From IMG/VR virus record IMGVR_UViG_3300036778_000062, positions 64,001 through 128,000 of that record: a stretch of DNA of 64,000 nucleotides. One strand, written 5' to 3'. Of this stretch, positions 37,097-46,321 are shown in pieces. The DNA is from a virus. Taxonomy: Duplodnaviria > Caudoviricetes. Within the stretch, counting starts at the first letter, position 1; each line of letters opens with the position of its first letter. The notes under the pieces were generated by a model, which saw only the letters and a program-made list of their open reading frames with translations, was not told where the DNA came from and searched no databases. The position numbers and the translations under genes are program-made.

Positions 37097-39741
37097 TTCA
37101 ATCGCCCGAACGCGCTGTCCGTCAGCGACTTGTCCGAAGCCCCGCCGCCCGGCCGCTTGACGCCGTTGCGTTTCAAGAAGTCATTGAGCTGCTTTGCTCC
37201 GGTTGGCGAAGCGGAGGCGATGCGAACATCTTCCAGCTCGTTGGGCACCACGACCTCGCCGGCCGAGTTGAACTTCGGCTTCCAGCCGCCAGCAAGCGCC
37301 TTTTCGAAAGCAGTCTCGCGTTCGTTGGATCGAGCCCGCTGCTTTTCACGTTCAGCCCGCCTTTGGGCATCCTGTTCGGCCTTGCGCTCGGTGGCCGACA
37401 TCTTGCCCCACCGGCTCATTTCCGTGGCGAATTCCTGCTCCTCTTCACCGACCTCATCGTGTTCGCGCGCCATGATTTGGTCCATCTCAGCGATGGCGCT
37501 TTCGGAGCCTGATTTCAACTCGATCACCGCGGACTGCAGTCTGTCCAGGGCCTCCTGCACGTCGTCCTCATCGGCGTCCGGATCGTCAAGGTGATCCCGC
37601 AGGTTCTCAGTCGCATCGTCCACTTCAGACGCCAGTCCTTCGAGGTGGTCCGCCAGGTTCGCCATCTTCGCGGCGCCGATGTGCGTCACCGTCTGCGATT
37701 TCTGTCCCGCTTCGATAGGGGCGGCTCCCAGCAGATCGGCCGCTCGATTGTGCATGTCTTGCGCCGCTTTTCGCAAAGCGTCGGCTGCCGCCGGCGCTTC
37801 ACCGATCGCATCGCGGAAATCCGACTCTGCTGTGAACTCTTCACCATCCTCCAGCTCGGCACGATCCTCCGGCGTGATATCCATGATGTCGTCAGCGGCA
37901 GTCCCGATCTGCTCTCGAACCGATTCCAGATTGTCGCGAGCCTCGGATATCCCTTTCGATGCTTCACCGAACTTAGCTGCGCGAGCCTTGCTCGCCGCTT
38001 TTTCGGCGCCACCGCCGCCAGCTTCCCAGCGGCCGGAGTCATCGCGAGGATGATCAGCTTCGGTGAAATCTTCGTCGGAGGCTAAGCTGCTCGACGGCTC
38101 TCCGCGCGCCGCGCCGCCCTTAGGCTCGAGACCTTCGTCCTCTTCCTCTTTCAGGTCGGGCATGTCCTCGGTATTGAGGCCCGGATAGAGCGTGTCCGGC
38201 GCGTTGGCGACGCGCTTGCGCTCTTCTTCGGGTGAGATGACACCGCTGTCGATCTGGATCTGCGCCGTCTCCGAGTTGACTTTGCGGACGTCTGCCTGCC
38301 CCTTTTCGTCCAGCTCCCACAGAGGCTCGTAAGTGTAGAAAAGATCAGGATCGACGCGCCCCCAGATATTGATTTGTGCGAACCGGAATACGCGGTCGAG
38401 GTTTGGCGAAAAGAACTGTTCCTGTTTCGCATGGATGTGGTCGTAGAACGCGCGCAGCTCAGGCTCTGCTGTCGCGTTCAAGCCGTGTGGCGAGATGCCG
38501 AGCAGCTTGACCAATGGGATACGTGATACCGATGCTTGATGCTCCTGCGCCTGGGCCTGCAGCATATCCAACGACGCGAGCGACGTGGATACGTTCTGGA
38601 ATTCCTCCGATTCCGCGTCGATGACCATCACACCGCGGTTGTCGCGAGTGTTGTTGAATAGGTCTACGCGTTTGAAGAGCTGATCGCCGCCAGGCGTCAG
38701 CGTCTCGCCCATGTTGGTCGATAGCACGAAGACCGAGAAGGCCTGCACGATGTCGGCAACACTCTGCCGAATGTTCAGGAAGTTCTCGACGTACGGCTTC
38801 GCCATCTGCGTCAACGACAAGCCGCCGAACGAGTAGGCGGGTTTGAGCGCGTCAGGGACCGGTCGACCGACGAACTTCAGCAGCCTCGATACGTGGACTT
38901 CCCGGTCCATCACGAACCACGACTGCGGATTATACCAATCCGGCCGAAGCGGATTGTTCGAGTTGTAGCTCGTCGGGTACGTCCACATCGGTTCGACGAC
39001 GGCTAACCGCTTCAGGTCTCCTCGTCCGAACTTCTGTTCCGTGACGCCGTTCTTGCCGTTGCCGATCGGCATCTTCAGCTCGTTCCAATCGTCGGTGTCC
39101 CCGGTATCGAGATAGAGATGCGCACGGCCAAAGAACCCATCGACCTCGCAAGATTGGCAGAAGGTCTCACGAACCTTCAGACGCTCGAACTCTTCGTTGA
39201 GTTGCGCGATCTTCTTCGTTTTGTCCTTGTCGCCCTTCGCCTGGATGCGGATCCACTTGCGAGTCATCTCGGTCGCGATCGTCTCGACCATGACGCGATA
39301 TTCTGGACGCTGCGCGAGCTCGGCGAGGTACTGATAGCCGAGGAACGCGATACCCTCGAAAGCGGCGTGGGAGCCCAGGGCATTCCAGGCACCGCCCGCC
39401 CAAGCCGAGATACCCGTTATCGCCTCGTCAGACGCCATCCTCCGATCGACGGGGATGTTGTCCATAAGCTGGACCGGGAAGTCAGGCAGCTTGAACGGGT
39501 TGACGCGGGTGTAGCGTTCGGCCTTCTGCCTCGACCGTTGGAGAACGTCGTCCGAAACGACGATCGGTTTCCGCTCGGCGCGATCGGCCGCTACCTTGAT
39601 CTCCTCCGGCTGCAGCGTCTTCTTGGCGATCTTCCTTGCGACCCTACGCGTCGGTGCGCGGCGCGCGCGTGCGGGCTTCTGCAGCTCTATGAACTCCAGC
39701 ACCATCTGCCGGGCGAGCTGTTTGACGTCCTTCTTCTTCAC
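37093..39741 (-). CDS. Portal protein (DUF1073-like) with a ~325-aa C-terminal extension
   Basis: TRKWI, FFGRA, VH.SRL, G.SL.Q, IPL.KLLG.SP.GLNAT.E, PLW.L, GVI.PEE.R; extension follows. Confidence 0.9.
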   Translation of the reverse strand: MKKKDVKQLARQMVLEFIELQKPARARRAPTRRVARKIAKKTLQPEEIKVAADRAERKPIVVSDDVLQRSRQKAERYTRVNPFKLPDFPVQLMDNIPVDRRMASDEAITGISAWAGGAWNALGSHAAFEGIAFLGYQYLAELAQRPEYRVMVETIATEMTRKWIRIQAKGDKDKTKKIAQLNEEFERLKVRETFCQSCEVDGFFGRAHLYLDTGDTDDWNELKMPIGNGKNGVTEQKFGRGDLKRLAVVEPMWTYPTSYNSNNPLRPDWYNPQSWFVMDREVHVSRLLKFVGRPVPDALKPAYSFGGLSLTQMAKPYVENFLNIRQSVADIVQAFSVFVLSTNMGETLTPGGDQLFKRVDLFNNTRDNRGVMVIDAESEEFQNVSTSLASLDMLQAQAQEHQASVSRIPLVKLLGISPHGLNATAEPELRAFYDHIHAKQEQFFSPNLDRVFRFAQINIWGRVDPDLFYTYEPLWELDEKGQADVRKVNSETAQIQIDSGVISPEEERKRVANAPDTLYPGLNTEDMPDLKEEEDEGLEPKGGAARGEPSSSLASDEDFTEADHPRDDSGRWEAGGGGAEKAASKARAAKFGEASKGISEARDNLESVREQIGTAADDIMDITPEDRAELEDGEEFTAESDFRDAIGEAPAAADALRKAAQDMHNRAADLLGAAPIEAGQKSQTVTHIGAAKMANLADHLEGLASEVDDATENLRDHLDDPDADEDDVQEALDRLQSAVIELKSGSESAIAEMDQIMAREHDEVGEEEQEFATEMSRWGKMSATERKAEQDAQRRAEREKQRARSNERETAFEKALAGGWKPKFNSAGEVVVPNELEDVRIASASPTGAKQLNDFLKRNGVKRPGGGASDKSLTDSAFGRLK

Positions 39742-41171
39742 GCGAGCGGCTTCCGTCGTCGGACCGGGATGGCTGACTTCGCGAGGACCTCGTCAGAAAT
39801 GATGAGCGGCGCGCGCGCGACAAACGCGAGATAGTCCAAAGCCCACACGAGCGCATCCATCCGATCGGGCGAACCTTCGAGCGCATAGCCGTCGCGGGTC
39901 ATTGCGCACATCTGGTCCTCGAGCTCAATGAAGTCGCCGATATGAGAAATCTTGTTCTGCTCGTACAGAGCTGCGATCGGCTCGGCTCTCACGACCTTGC
40001 CGCGCGATGCGACGACTTCCTCATAGGGCACGCTTCTGTCGATCGTCCGGATGACGTGCTCGACCATGGCGCCGCCGTAGTTACGTTCGGCGACAATTCG
40101 ATCAGCCTTGAATTCGTGATAGGCGGCAACCGCTCGCCGTCCCCAGCCATCCGGCGAGAGCTTGCAACTGCGATCCGCCAGGACGTAGCCGCGACCGTCT
40201 ATACCCTTGCCGGCAACGATGATGCCGATCTCGTCGCCGTCGTCCTCGTCGCCGCCGGTGCCCGACGGGTCCACTGATACGACGATGCGCCGAAGGTCCG
40301 GAATCGTGACCGGCTTCCGAGCCTCATCGATCATGAGGCGCGTCCAGAGCGCGCCTGGCACGTCGTCGAGGATCTCGGCGTTCAGCTCCTGCCGGCCGAG
40401 CCGCGTCCCGCCATACCGATCCACGATCGACTGGATGAACGACGGCGGCAGGTTCGAGGCATTCGCCAGCGTGCTCCCGCTGGTGATACGGGTGAGCGCA
40501 TCCTTGATCAGATATCGGATCAGCGGAATGGGGCGCGGCGTGGTGGTGATGCAGGCTCGCGGATGCAATCCAAGCCGCAGGCCGAATTGTAGTTGGTCCC
40601 AGGTGTCTTGCGCATAGCGCCACTTCGCCAGCTCATCGCACCACGCCGCATCATGTTGCGGGCCGCGGAGCTGGTCCGGCTCAGTTGCGTTGTACAGCGT
40701 GGCGATCGCACCATTGGGCCATGTGAGGCGGCGTTTGGACGGCTCGTAGTCCGGCCGGAAATCTTTCGGGTGAACCTGTAGAAGGCCAGAGCCTTCGTCT
40801 TCGGCTTTGCCGTCACCGACCATCACTTCGCGCGCATCGGCAGCAGTTTCCGCGATCAGCGCTAGCTGGCGATATCGACCGCGGCCGAGGGGCGTCGAAC
40901 CGCAAACGTTGTCGCGAACCCACTCGGCGCCAGTGCGTGTTTTGCCGAAGCCGCGGCCGGCCATGAGCAGCCAGTATTTCCAGGCCGGATCGGCGGGCTC
41001 GATCTGGTCGGGGCGGGCCCAGAACTTCCAGTCCCAGCGAAGCGCCTCGAGCTGGCCGTCAGTCAGACCCGCCAGTATCTCCGCCCGTTCGCTTTCGGGC
41101 AGCGATGCTAGCAATTCGGCTTGCGATGAGTTCACGAGGACTGACGTTCTTGGTTTCGATGGGGCCGCCAC
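39738..41171 (-). CDS. terL: Terminase large subunit (start codon uncertain)
   Basis: Walker A AGRGFGKT, LRGPQ, Walker B AWCDE, TTTP, nuclease VDP, SPDRMDA. Confidence 0.95.
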   Translation of the reverse strand: MAAPSKPRTSVLVNSSQAELLASLPESERAEILAGLTDGQLEALRWDWKFWARPDQIEPADPAWKYWLLMAGRGFGKTRTGAEWVRDNVCGSTPLGRGRYRQLALIAETAADAREVMVGDGKAEDEGSGLLQVHPKDFRPDYEPSKRRLTWPNGAIATLYNATEPDQLRGPQHDAAWCDELAKWRYAQDTWDQLQFGLRLGLHPRACITTTPRPIPLIRYLIKDALTRITSGSTLANASNLPPSFIQSIVDRYGGTRLGRQELNAEILDDVPGALWTRLMIDEARKPVTIPDLRRIVVSVDPSGTGGDEDDGDEIGIIVAGKGIDGRGYVLADRSCKLSPDGWGRRAVAAYHEFKADRIVAERNYGGAMVEHVIRTIDRSVPYEEVVASRGKVVRAEPIAALYEQNKISHIGDFIELEDQMCAMTRDGYALEGSPDRMDALVWALDYLAFVARAPLIISDEVLAKSAIPVRRRKPLA

Positions 41172-41502
41172 CCTTGCCGGTCAGCTCGACTGCGGCCTTG
41201 TCCGTCTCGTTGAGCCAGTGCTTCGCAAGGTGGATGGTCATGTTGACGGCGCTCGAACCTGTGCCTTGCGCGTGGCGCAGCTGCAGGCGACGCAGGTTCA
41301 GCTTGCCCTTCTGCTTGCCGTTCGCGTAGGCAAGTTGAAGCGCAGGTTCCTTCAGTCGATTGATGATGGTGCGCTTCTCGCAATCGAAAAAAGCAGCGAC
41401 CTCATCGTAAGTCGCATGTAGAGCGCCCAGCTTTTCTAGTTGAACCGGGTCGATCTCAACTTTCGGCCGCCCAGGCCCGCGCTCCGGTTTACTTCGCGCC
41501 AT
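41059..41502 (-). CDS. terS: Terminase small subunit
   Basis: GRP + HTH, I.LAK.WL, ELTGKGGGPI; directly upstream of terL. Confidence 0.8.
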   Translation of the reverse strand: MARSKPERGPGRPKVEIDPVQLEKLGALHATYDEVAAFFDCEKRTIINRLKEPALQLAYANGKQKGKLNLRRLQLRHAQGTGSSAVNMTIHLAKHWLNETDKAAVELTGKGGGPIETKNVSPRELIASRIASIAARKRTGGDTGGSD

Positions 41503-41615
41503 AGCAGAACTGCACTCGCCTCAAGGTTTCAGAAAAAGATTTGTGAAATCAGACCGTTGGAGGCAAAATCTGAGTCGCGACTTCAACTCGCCACCCAGAA
41601 AGCAAAGCACCTTCC

Positions 41616-42425
41616 ATGTCGATCATTCAGCTCAACGATGACGGCGTTTCCGTCAAAGGCTGTTCCCACATTTACGCGCCACGCGGCCAGGCCGGCGAAT
41701 ACTCGGCGCTCGCCGCCAATCCGTATCGGGGCTGCGGCCACAAGTGCGCCTATTGCTACGTTCCGCGTGTCACCAAGCAGGACCGCGGCGAGTTCAACGC
41801 CGGCGCCGTCGCACGCGGCGGCTATCTCGACCAGCTCCGGAAGGATGCGGTCAGATACGAACTTGCGGGCGTCACCGAGCAGGTCATGCTCAGTTTCACG
41901 TCTGACGTCTACAATCCAACGGACACGTCACTGACGCGGCCCAGCCTGCAGATCATCAAGGCGCACGGCATGGGCATCTGCACGCTGACCAAGGGCGGCA
42001 CGCGGGCGCTTGCGGACATCGAACTGTTCCGGCCGTCACGCGATGCCTTCGCCTCGACACTGACCAGCCTGGACGATCGCTTCTCACAGAAGTGGGAGAG
42101 CGGAGCGGCGCTCCCCGGCGATCGGCTTGCTGCGCTGCGCGCCTTTCACGAGCGCGGCATCTTCACTTGGGTCAGCCTCGAGCCGACCATCGATGTCGAG
42201 GCTTCTCTTGCAATCGTCGATGCGACGCATCCGTTCGTCGACCTCTACAAGGTCGGCCGCGTCAACTACATCGAAATCACTAAGACCACCGACTGGCGCG
42301 ACTACACGCTGCGGATGATCGACAAGCTCCAGAAGCTGGGGAAAAGGCACTACATCAAGCAGGACCTGCAGAAGTTTCTGCCGGCTGGGTACTATAATCC
42401 GCTCCGCGTCCCACAGCATCATTAG
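41616..42425 (+). CDS. Radical SAM protein (SPL-like)
   Basis: NPYRGCGHKCAYCY (CxxxCxxC), SDVY, LTKG, TWVSLEP. Confidence 0.9.
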   Translation: MSIIQLNDDGVSVKGCSHIYAPRGQAGEYSALAANPYRGCGHKCAYCYVPRVTKQDRGEFNAGAVARGGYLDQLRKDAVRYELAGVTEQVMLSFTSDVYNPTDTSLTRPSLQIIKAHGMGICTLTKGGTRALADIELFRPSRDAFASTLTSLDDRFSQKWESGAALPGDRLAALRAFHERGIFTWVSLEPTIDVEASLAIVDATHPFVDLYKVGRVNYIEITKTTDWRDYTLRMIDKLQKLGKRHYIKQDLQKFLPAGYYNPLRVPQHH

Positions 42426-42433
42426 GAGCGGTC

Positions 42434-42625
42434 ATGCCAAGTCGGTTCATAGAGCTTCAGATCGACAACATCGACGAAAAAGAAGTGATCAACTTCGATC
42501 TTGTTCGGAGATTCTATCGTAGGCCTGGAACGAACTACACCATTGTCGAATTTCCGGACGCTAACTCAATAACTGTCAAAGAGACACCTGCACAGATCGC
42601 AGAGATTTTGGCCCGACGCGGTTAA
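42434..42625 (+). CDS. Small FlbD-like protein
   Basis: FI.L...IN.D.V...T.V......I.VKETP.QI pattern; AGGAG RBS. Confidence 0.55.
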   Translation: MPSRFIELQIDNIDEKEVINFDLVRRFYRRPGTNYTIVEFPDANSITVKETPAQIAEILARRG

Positions 42626-43230
42626 CCCTTTCCCTTGAGCACCAGGCCGATGTACCGCATGGACGCTCCCGTGCGGCCTTCGGCCTGCCAGCGCTTCTCA
42701 ACCGTGCAGCTCATCCGTCGCGCAAGGCCAGCAATGGCCTTGTCGATGACGGCGTCCTGTTTCTTCGATAGCCCGACAATGCCAGTGCGCAGCCCGGTCA
42801 GCACCGCAATCGCTTCCGGGACGATGTTGGACTTGTAGGCGAAGCCGGCGCCTTCGGTCAGCGCTAGGCCGAGCAACTCGCCCGGCGCAACCCGCCGCCG
42901 ATCGGCGATGATGATCGCCTGAACCCAGGGCGAGCCGTAGCTGTCCAGATCGAAGATCGAGAAGGACGCCAGATCGATCGCGCGCATCACGCGGCGATTG
43001 TCGGCGCAGAACATCAAGCGGCTGTCGCGCTGCGGCTTCATATCGCAACCGGTGTACCCGGTCGCGTCTTTCCAGACCGCGGAATACATCTGCCCGAAAC
43101 CGGCGAAGGCATCGAACACCGCCTTATCGCGACCGACGGCATCGAGCACGCTACGCCTAATCGCGACCTTCGCGCGGAAGGCCTGCGGGTTGTTGTCGGT
43201 CTTGACGCCCAGGCCCTTGAACGACATCAC
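42622..43230 (-). CDS. Class I SAM-dependent methyltransferase-like protein
   Basis: Motif I VFDAFAGFG, acidic GCD, motif IV-like FDLDSYGSPW. Confidence 0.7.
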   Translation of the reverse strand: MMSFKGLGVKTDNNPQAFRAKVAIRRSVLDAVGRDKAVFDAFAGFGQMYSAVWKDATGYTGCDMKPQRDSRLMFCADNRRVMRAIDLASFSIFDLDSYGSPWVQAIIIADRRRVAPGELLGLALTEGAGFAYKSNIVPEAIAVLTGLRTGIVGLSKKQDAVIDKAIAGLARRMSCTVEKRWQAEGRTGASMRYIGLVLKGKG

Positions 43231-43460
43231 GCCAACGCGACGTTGATGGCCTTCTTGCCGTTGCCTTTGGTGCCGTTCTTGCCTCTCGACTCGCCCATCT
43301 GAAAGCTGACTTTCTGATCGGTGATCAGCATCGTGAGCGAGCCGGCTAGATCGGTTCGGTGCACGAAGACCTCGTCACCGCCTTCGTCGGGGCGAATGAA
43401 GCCGTAGCCCTTTTCGTCGTTGAAGAATTTGACCTTGCCGGTGAGACGCACGCCTGACAT
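43227..43460 (-). CDS. Cold-shock domain protein
   Basis: GKVKFFNDEKGYGFI (RNP1), VFVH (RNP2). Confidence 0.92.
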   Translation of the reverse strand: MSGVRLTGKVKFFNDEKGYGFIRPDEGGDEVFVHRTDLAGSLTMLITDQKVSFQMGESRGKNGTKGNGKKAINVALA

Positions 43461-43490
43461 GACTTGCTGGATCCTTGGGAGGGATTGGGG

Positions 43491-43832
43491 ATGTGGAACT
43501 GGATTTCTGCTTTTGGTGTGCTGATCGAGTTCGTTGGCTTCGGCACGCTGGCCTGTGAGCTTTGGCAGACCACGCAAACGTCAATCGTTGAGGCGGTGGA
43601 TCTAGCTAGCGAGACGTCGGCGTTTGACAGCCTCGTTATCTATGATGGATCGGATGGCGAGCCTGGTGGCGCCGAGATCATCGGTGGCGCCATCGGCAAG
43701 CAGCTCGACGCCCTCAAGAGAGCGGAGGCCAACCTTCACGAGCGAATGGGTTTGATCATGCGCGGTGTCGTCATCAGCGCAGTCGGTGCGTTGCTGCAGG
43801 TGATCGGCAGCTTTGGTCAGGCCCTGAACTGA
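43491..43832 (+). CDS. Two-TM membrane protein (antisense moron)
   Basis: Hydrophobic N- and C-terminal helices; GGAGG RBS; GC hairpin downstream at ~43836-43865. Confidence 0.55.
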   Translation: MWNWISAFGVLIEFVGFGTLACELWQTTQTSIVEAVDLASETSAFDSLVIYDGSDGEPGGAEIIGGAIGKQLDALKRAEANLHERMGLIMRGVVISAVGALLQVIGSFGQALN

Positions 43833-44058
43833 AAGCGGCCGGCGGACCCGAAGGTGCCGGCCGCAGTGCTTGCGCAGTCCTTTCGCAGACCGCCTCGCGG
43901 CCGGTCCGGTATCGTCGGTTCACAGACGGTGACGACTTGGTCTGTGTCAGGCAGGCGCGCTTGCTCGTGTAAGTAGTGGAAAAACGACATATCGCCATTG
44001 CGGGAAACGAGCCCCAGTTGAGAAACTTCGGGCGAACCGATTCGCTGAGTTTGGACCG

Positions 44059-44277
44059 ATGACGAAAGATGATGCGCGCCGACAGATACTCGCCGAATGG
44101 CGAACATGGGCACCGAACCACGCCAGAGCCGCGCCAAAACCCAACGGCATGGATGGCTTGATGTTCTTCGCCGACCTGCAGCGGACGAACAGCCACCTCC
44201 TAAATTTTAAAGATCGCGGCGACAAGTGGCAGACAGTGCACGGATGGCTGCTACGAGATGGACTGGTTTCCGATTAA
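44059..44277 (+). CDS. Small hypothetical protein (antisense moron)
   Basis: FF..LQ.....LL.F...GDKWQTVHGWL. Confidence 0.6.
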   Translation: MTKDDARRQILAEWRTWAPNHARAAPKPNGMDGLMFFADLQRTNSHLLNFKDRGDKWQTVHGWLLRDGLVSD

Positions 44278-44876
44278 CCGATGTTGATCGTGCCTTGCTC
44301 GACTGTGACGCCGGCGAAAGGCTTCATGGCCTGTTCGAGTGCGCGCAGCGCGTTGGCCTGCTGCGCGAGCGGACCCCGTATCGAAATCCAGAACTCGTCT
44401 TCCACGGCGCCGGTCTCGATCTCTTTGACTTCGAGATCGTCAGGCTCGTCCAGGAGCTTCTTGAGCTCGCCCTGCGAGAAGCCGAGAGACAGTGCGTTCT
44501 CGCCATCATCCTGCAGCTCGAGGATCACATCGCGCAGGATGTCGTCATCCCAGCGGGAGTTCTCCGGAATCCGGTTGAGCGCGATGGCGAGCGCCTTGTA
44601 GCCGGCTTCCGAGAGGCCGGCGACGACGCGGCATTCGGCCTCAACACGGCCGAGGCGTTTCAGGGCTTCAAGTCGGCCTTCGCCGCCGACCAGGACTCCA
44701 GTCGGGCGGATGACGAGCTTGTCGATATAGCCGAAGCGTTCGATCGATTGCGCGATCTGCGCAATCTGCGATTCCGAGTGCCGGCGCGCATTCTTCGGAT
44801 CTGGCTTGATGTCGGCCAGCTTGCGCACTTCGTCGGTGATGACGGGCTCACCGGCGGCTTTGGGCTGTTTCGCCAT
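44274..44876 (-). CDS. ParB/Srx N-terminal domain protein (terminase-linked type)
   Basis: P.PKNARRH...QI.QIA.SI.RFG, GEGRL.A, A.NRI.E.S.WD; no HTH evident. Confidence 0.85.
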   Translation of the reverse strand: MAKQPKAAGEPVITDEVRKLADIKPDPKNARRHSESQIAQIAQSIERFGYIDKLVIRPTGVLVGGEGRLEALKRLGRVEAECRVVAGLSEAGYKALAIALNRIPENSRWDDDILRDVILELQDDGENALSLGFSQGELKKLLDEPDDLEVKEIETGAVEDEFWISIRGPLAQQANALRALEQAMKPFAGVTVEQGTINIG

Positions 44877-45067
44877 CAGCTCGTTCCGACCTTCTTCAAA
44901 CGGAAATTGTGCACCCACGTTTCCTTCAGCTCGGCGTCCTTCCACCAGGAAACGAGGATCTGTAGGCCATGCGGATAGACCGCGAACCCGACGACCGTCG
45001 CCGTGATGTCGCCGCCGTCGATCTGCACTTTGTCGCCAAAACCAAATTCTGAATTGTACTGCGGCAC
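44876..45067 (-). CDS. Small YodC/DUF2158-like protein
   Basis: F.FGDKVQI...ATV....VSWW...W; AGGAG RBS before GTG. Confidence 0.55.
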   Translation of the reverse strand: MPQYNSEFGFGDKVQIDGGDITATVVGFAVYPHGLQILVSWWKDAELKETWVHNFRLKKVGTS

Positions 45068-45083
45068 TGGAACTGCACTCCTG

Positions 45084-45245
45084 TCAGGCGAACACGCCCA
45101 CTGCGACGATGGCGACCACTGCGGCGCCGATCGCGATGTACGGCCACACCAGCTCCCGCCGGTTGTCGTTGGCGGGCTCTCCCCAATAGCTGCGGAACAG
45201 CTCCTCGCCGAAGAGGTTGCGGCGGACGCCGAAGTTGCGGGGCAT
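45084..45245 (-). CDS. Small membrane-anchored protein with a PANDN motif
   Basis: Hand-translated MPRNFG...GEPANDNRRELVWPYIAIGAAVVAIVAVGVFA. Confidence 0.5.
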   Translation of the reverse strand: MPRNFGVRRNLFGEELFRSYWGEPANDNRRELVWPYIAIGAAVVAIVAVGVFA

Positions 45246-45311
45246 AAGTCACTTCCGACGGTTGTACCGCCGTTTCGCGATCGGTAGTTTCGCCTTCCTG
45301 GGGAGGGTGGA

Positions 45312-45896
45312 ATGCGGTCTATCCTGCGGAATGTAGCGGCATCGCTACTAACGGCTGTCGGGCTTGGCCCGTTGATCTCCAAAGCGATTGAGCGCTGGGC
45401 GGAGCGAAACGGCTATCTCGACGATCCGACAAAAGGACTTCACTGGCTGGTCAGCACGATCGCATCGGTCACTGATTGGCAGTTTTTCTATCCCTTGATC
45501 AGTTTCTTCGCCGGTCTCGTGATTGGTCTCTGGCTTGATTGGATCTTCCGAAAGATCGACGCGAACAGGAGGGACCAAATCATCATCATTGGCGGAGATA
45601 TGGAAAGTCTCGGCAAACAGATCGTTGCGCGGACTTCGACCCACACCATTGCAGCATGGCCGAACTGTATAAGTGATTTAGTGCCGGAGTTGATGTCGCT
45701 GCTTTTGCGGACCAACAAAGTTGGGCTTTGGACTCCTCCGCGCGATATTTTGAATCTGAACGACGGCGGAAATTTGCTTCTCAACTATCTGCTTTTCGTC
45801 GGCAAGCTTCTTAAGGACGGTCATCTCGAAGAGGCAAAGCAGCAAGCTTCTTCATACAGTGCTCACCTCAAGAAACCCGAAAACGCGTCGCCGTAA
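45312..45896 (+). CDS. Membrane protein (antisense moron)
   Basis: GGAGG RBS, TM segments, lower GC. Confidence 0.6.
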   Translation: MRSILRNVAASLLTAVGLGPLISKAIERWAERNGYLDDPTKGLHWLVSTIASVTDWQFFYPLISFFAGLVIGLWLDWIFRKIDANRRDQIIIIGGDMESLGKQIVARTSTHTIAAWPNCISDLVPELMSLLLRTNKVGLWTPPRDILNLNDGGNLLLNYLLFVGKLLKDGHLEEAKQQASSYSAHLKKPENASP

Positions 45897-46000
45897 TTGC
45901 TACGTCAGCGTCACGAGCAACCACAGGAAGCGACTGGCCGGGAAGGCACCTGCCGCCACCGCGATCGCCGTCTAGCCAGGCGTCCCCGGCCGCTGACCTA

Positions 46001-46111
46001 TCACCAGAACTTCAGAACGAAATGGATCACCGAGACCAGCTCGCCACCGAAGACCATCAGCGCGAGGATCCCGCCGAACGCGACGAAGCGGTATGCCCAG
46101 CGCTCGGACAT
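46001..46111 (-). CDS. Tiny membrane peptide (36 aa)
   Basis: Hand-translated MSERWAYRFVAFGGILALMVFGGELVSVIHFVLKFW; TGATG coupled. Confidence 0.4.
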   Translation of the reverse strand: MSERWAYRFVAFGGILALMVFGGELVSVIHFVLKFW

Positions 46112-46281
46112 CAGGCCGCGTCCGTGTCGGGAGCGACGTAATCGGATTTCTGGAACTCGGAGCGCCGTTCGATCGGAGCCGGCGGCGCAGGACGTTCAAG
46201 CCCACCGCCGAATTGCTTCCAGCGAGAGAGATCGTTGTAGCCGCCCTTGTGTGGGATCGCGGGTTCGAGATGAGATGACAT
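46111..46281 (-). CDS. Small hypothetical protein, probable first late-operon gene
   Basis: MSSHLEP...PDTDAA; coupled to the next ORF. Confidence 0.4.
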   Translation of the reverse strand: MSSHLEPAIPHKGGYNDLSRWKQFGGGLERPAPPAPIERRSEFQKSDYVAPDTDAA

Positions 46282-46321
46282 CCAAGTCTCTCGCGTTAAG
46301 GGACGGTGAAAGAATTGAGGC

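Noticed and set aside
37093-39741. Anti-CBASS Acb1 nuclease label sometimes attached to DUF1073 proteins
   Set aside because: Position and motifs indicate a portal; no paired HxT/S 2H-phosphoesterase motifs recognised in the extension
44274-44876. Phage ParB as cognate binder of the parS site (a phage parABS system)
   Set aside because: Only the N-terminal ParB/Srx domain is evident, with no HTH and no parA; it is the terminase-linked type
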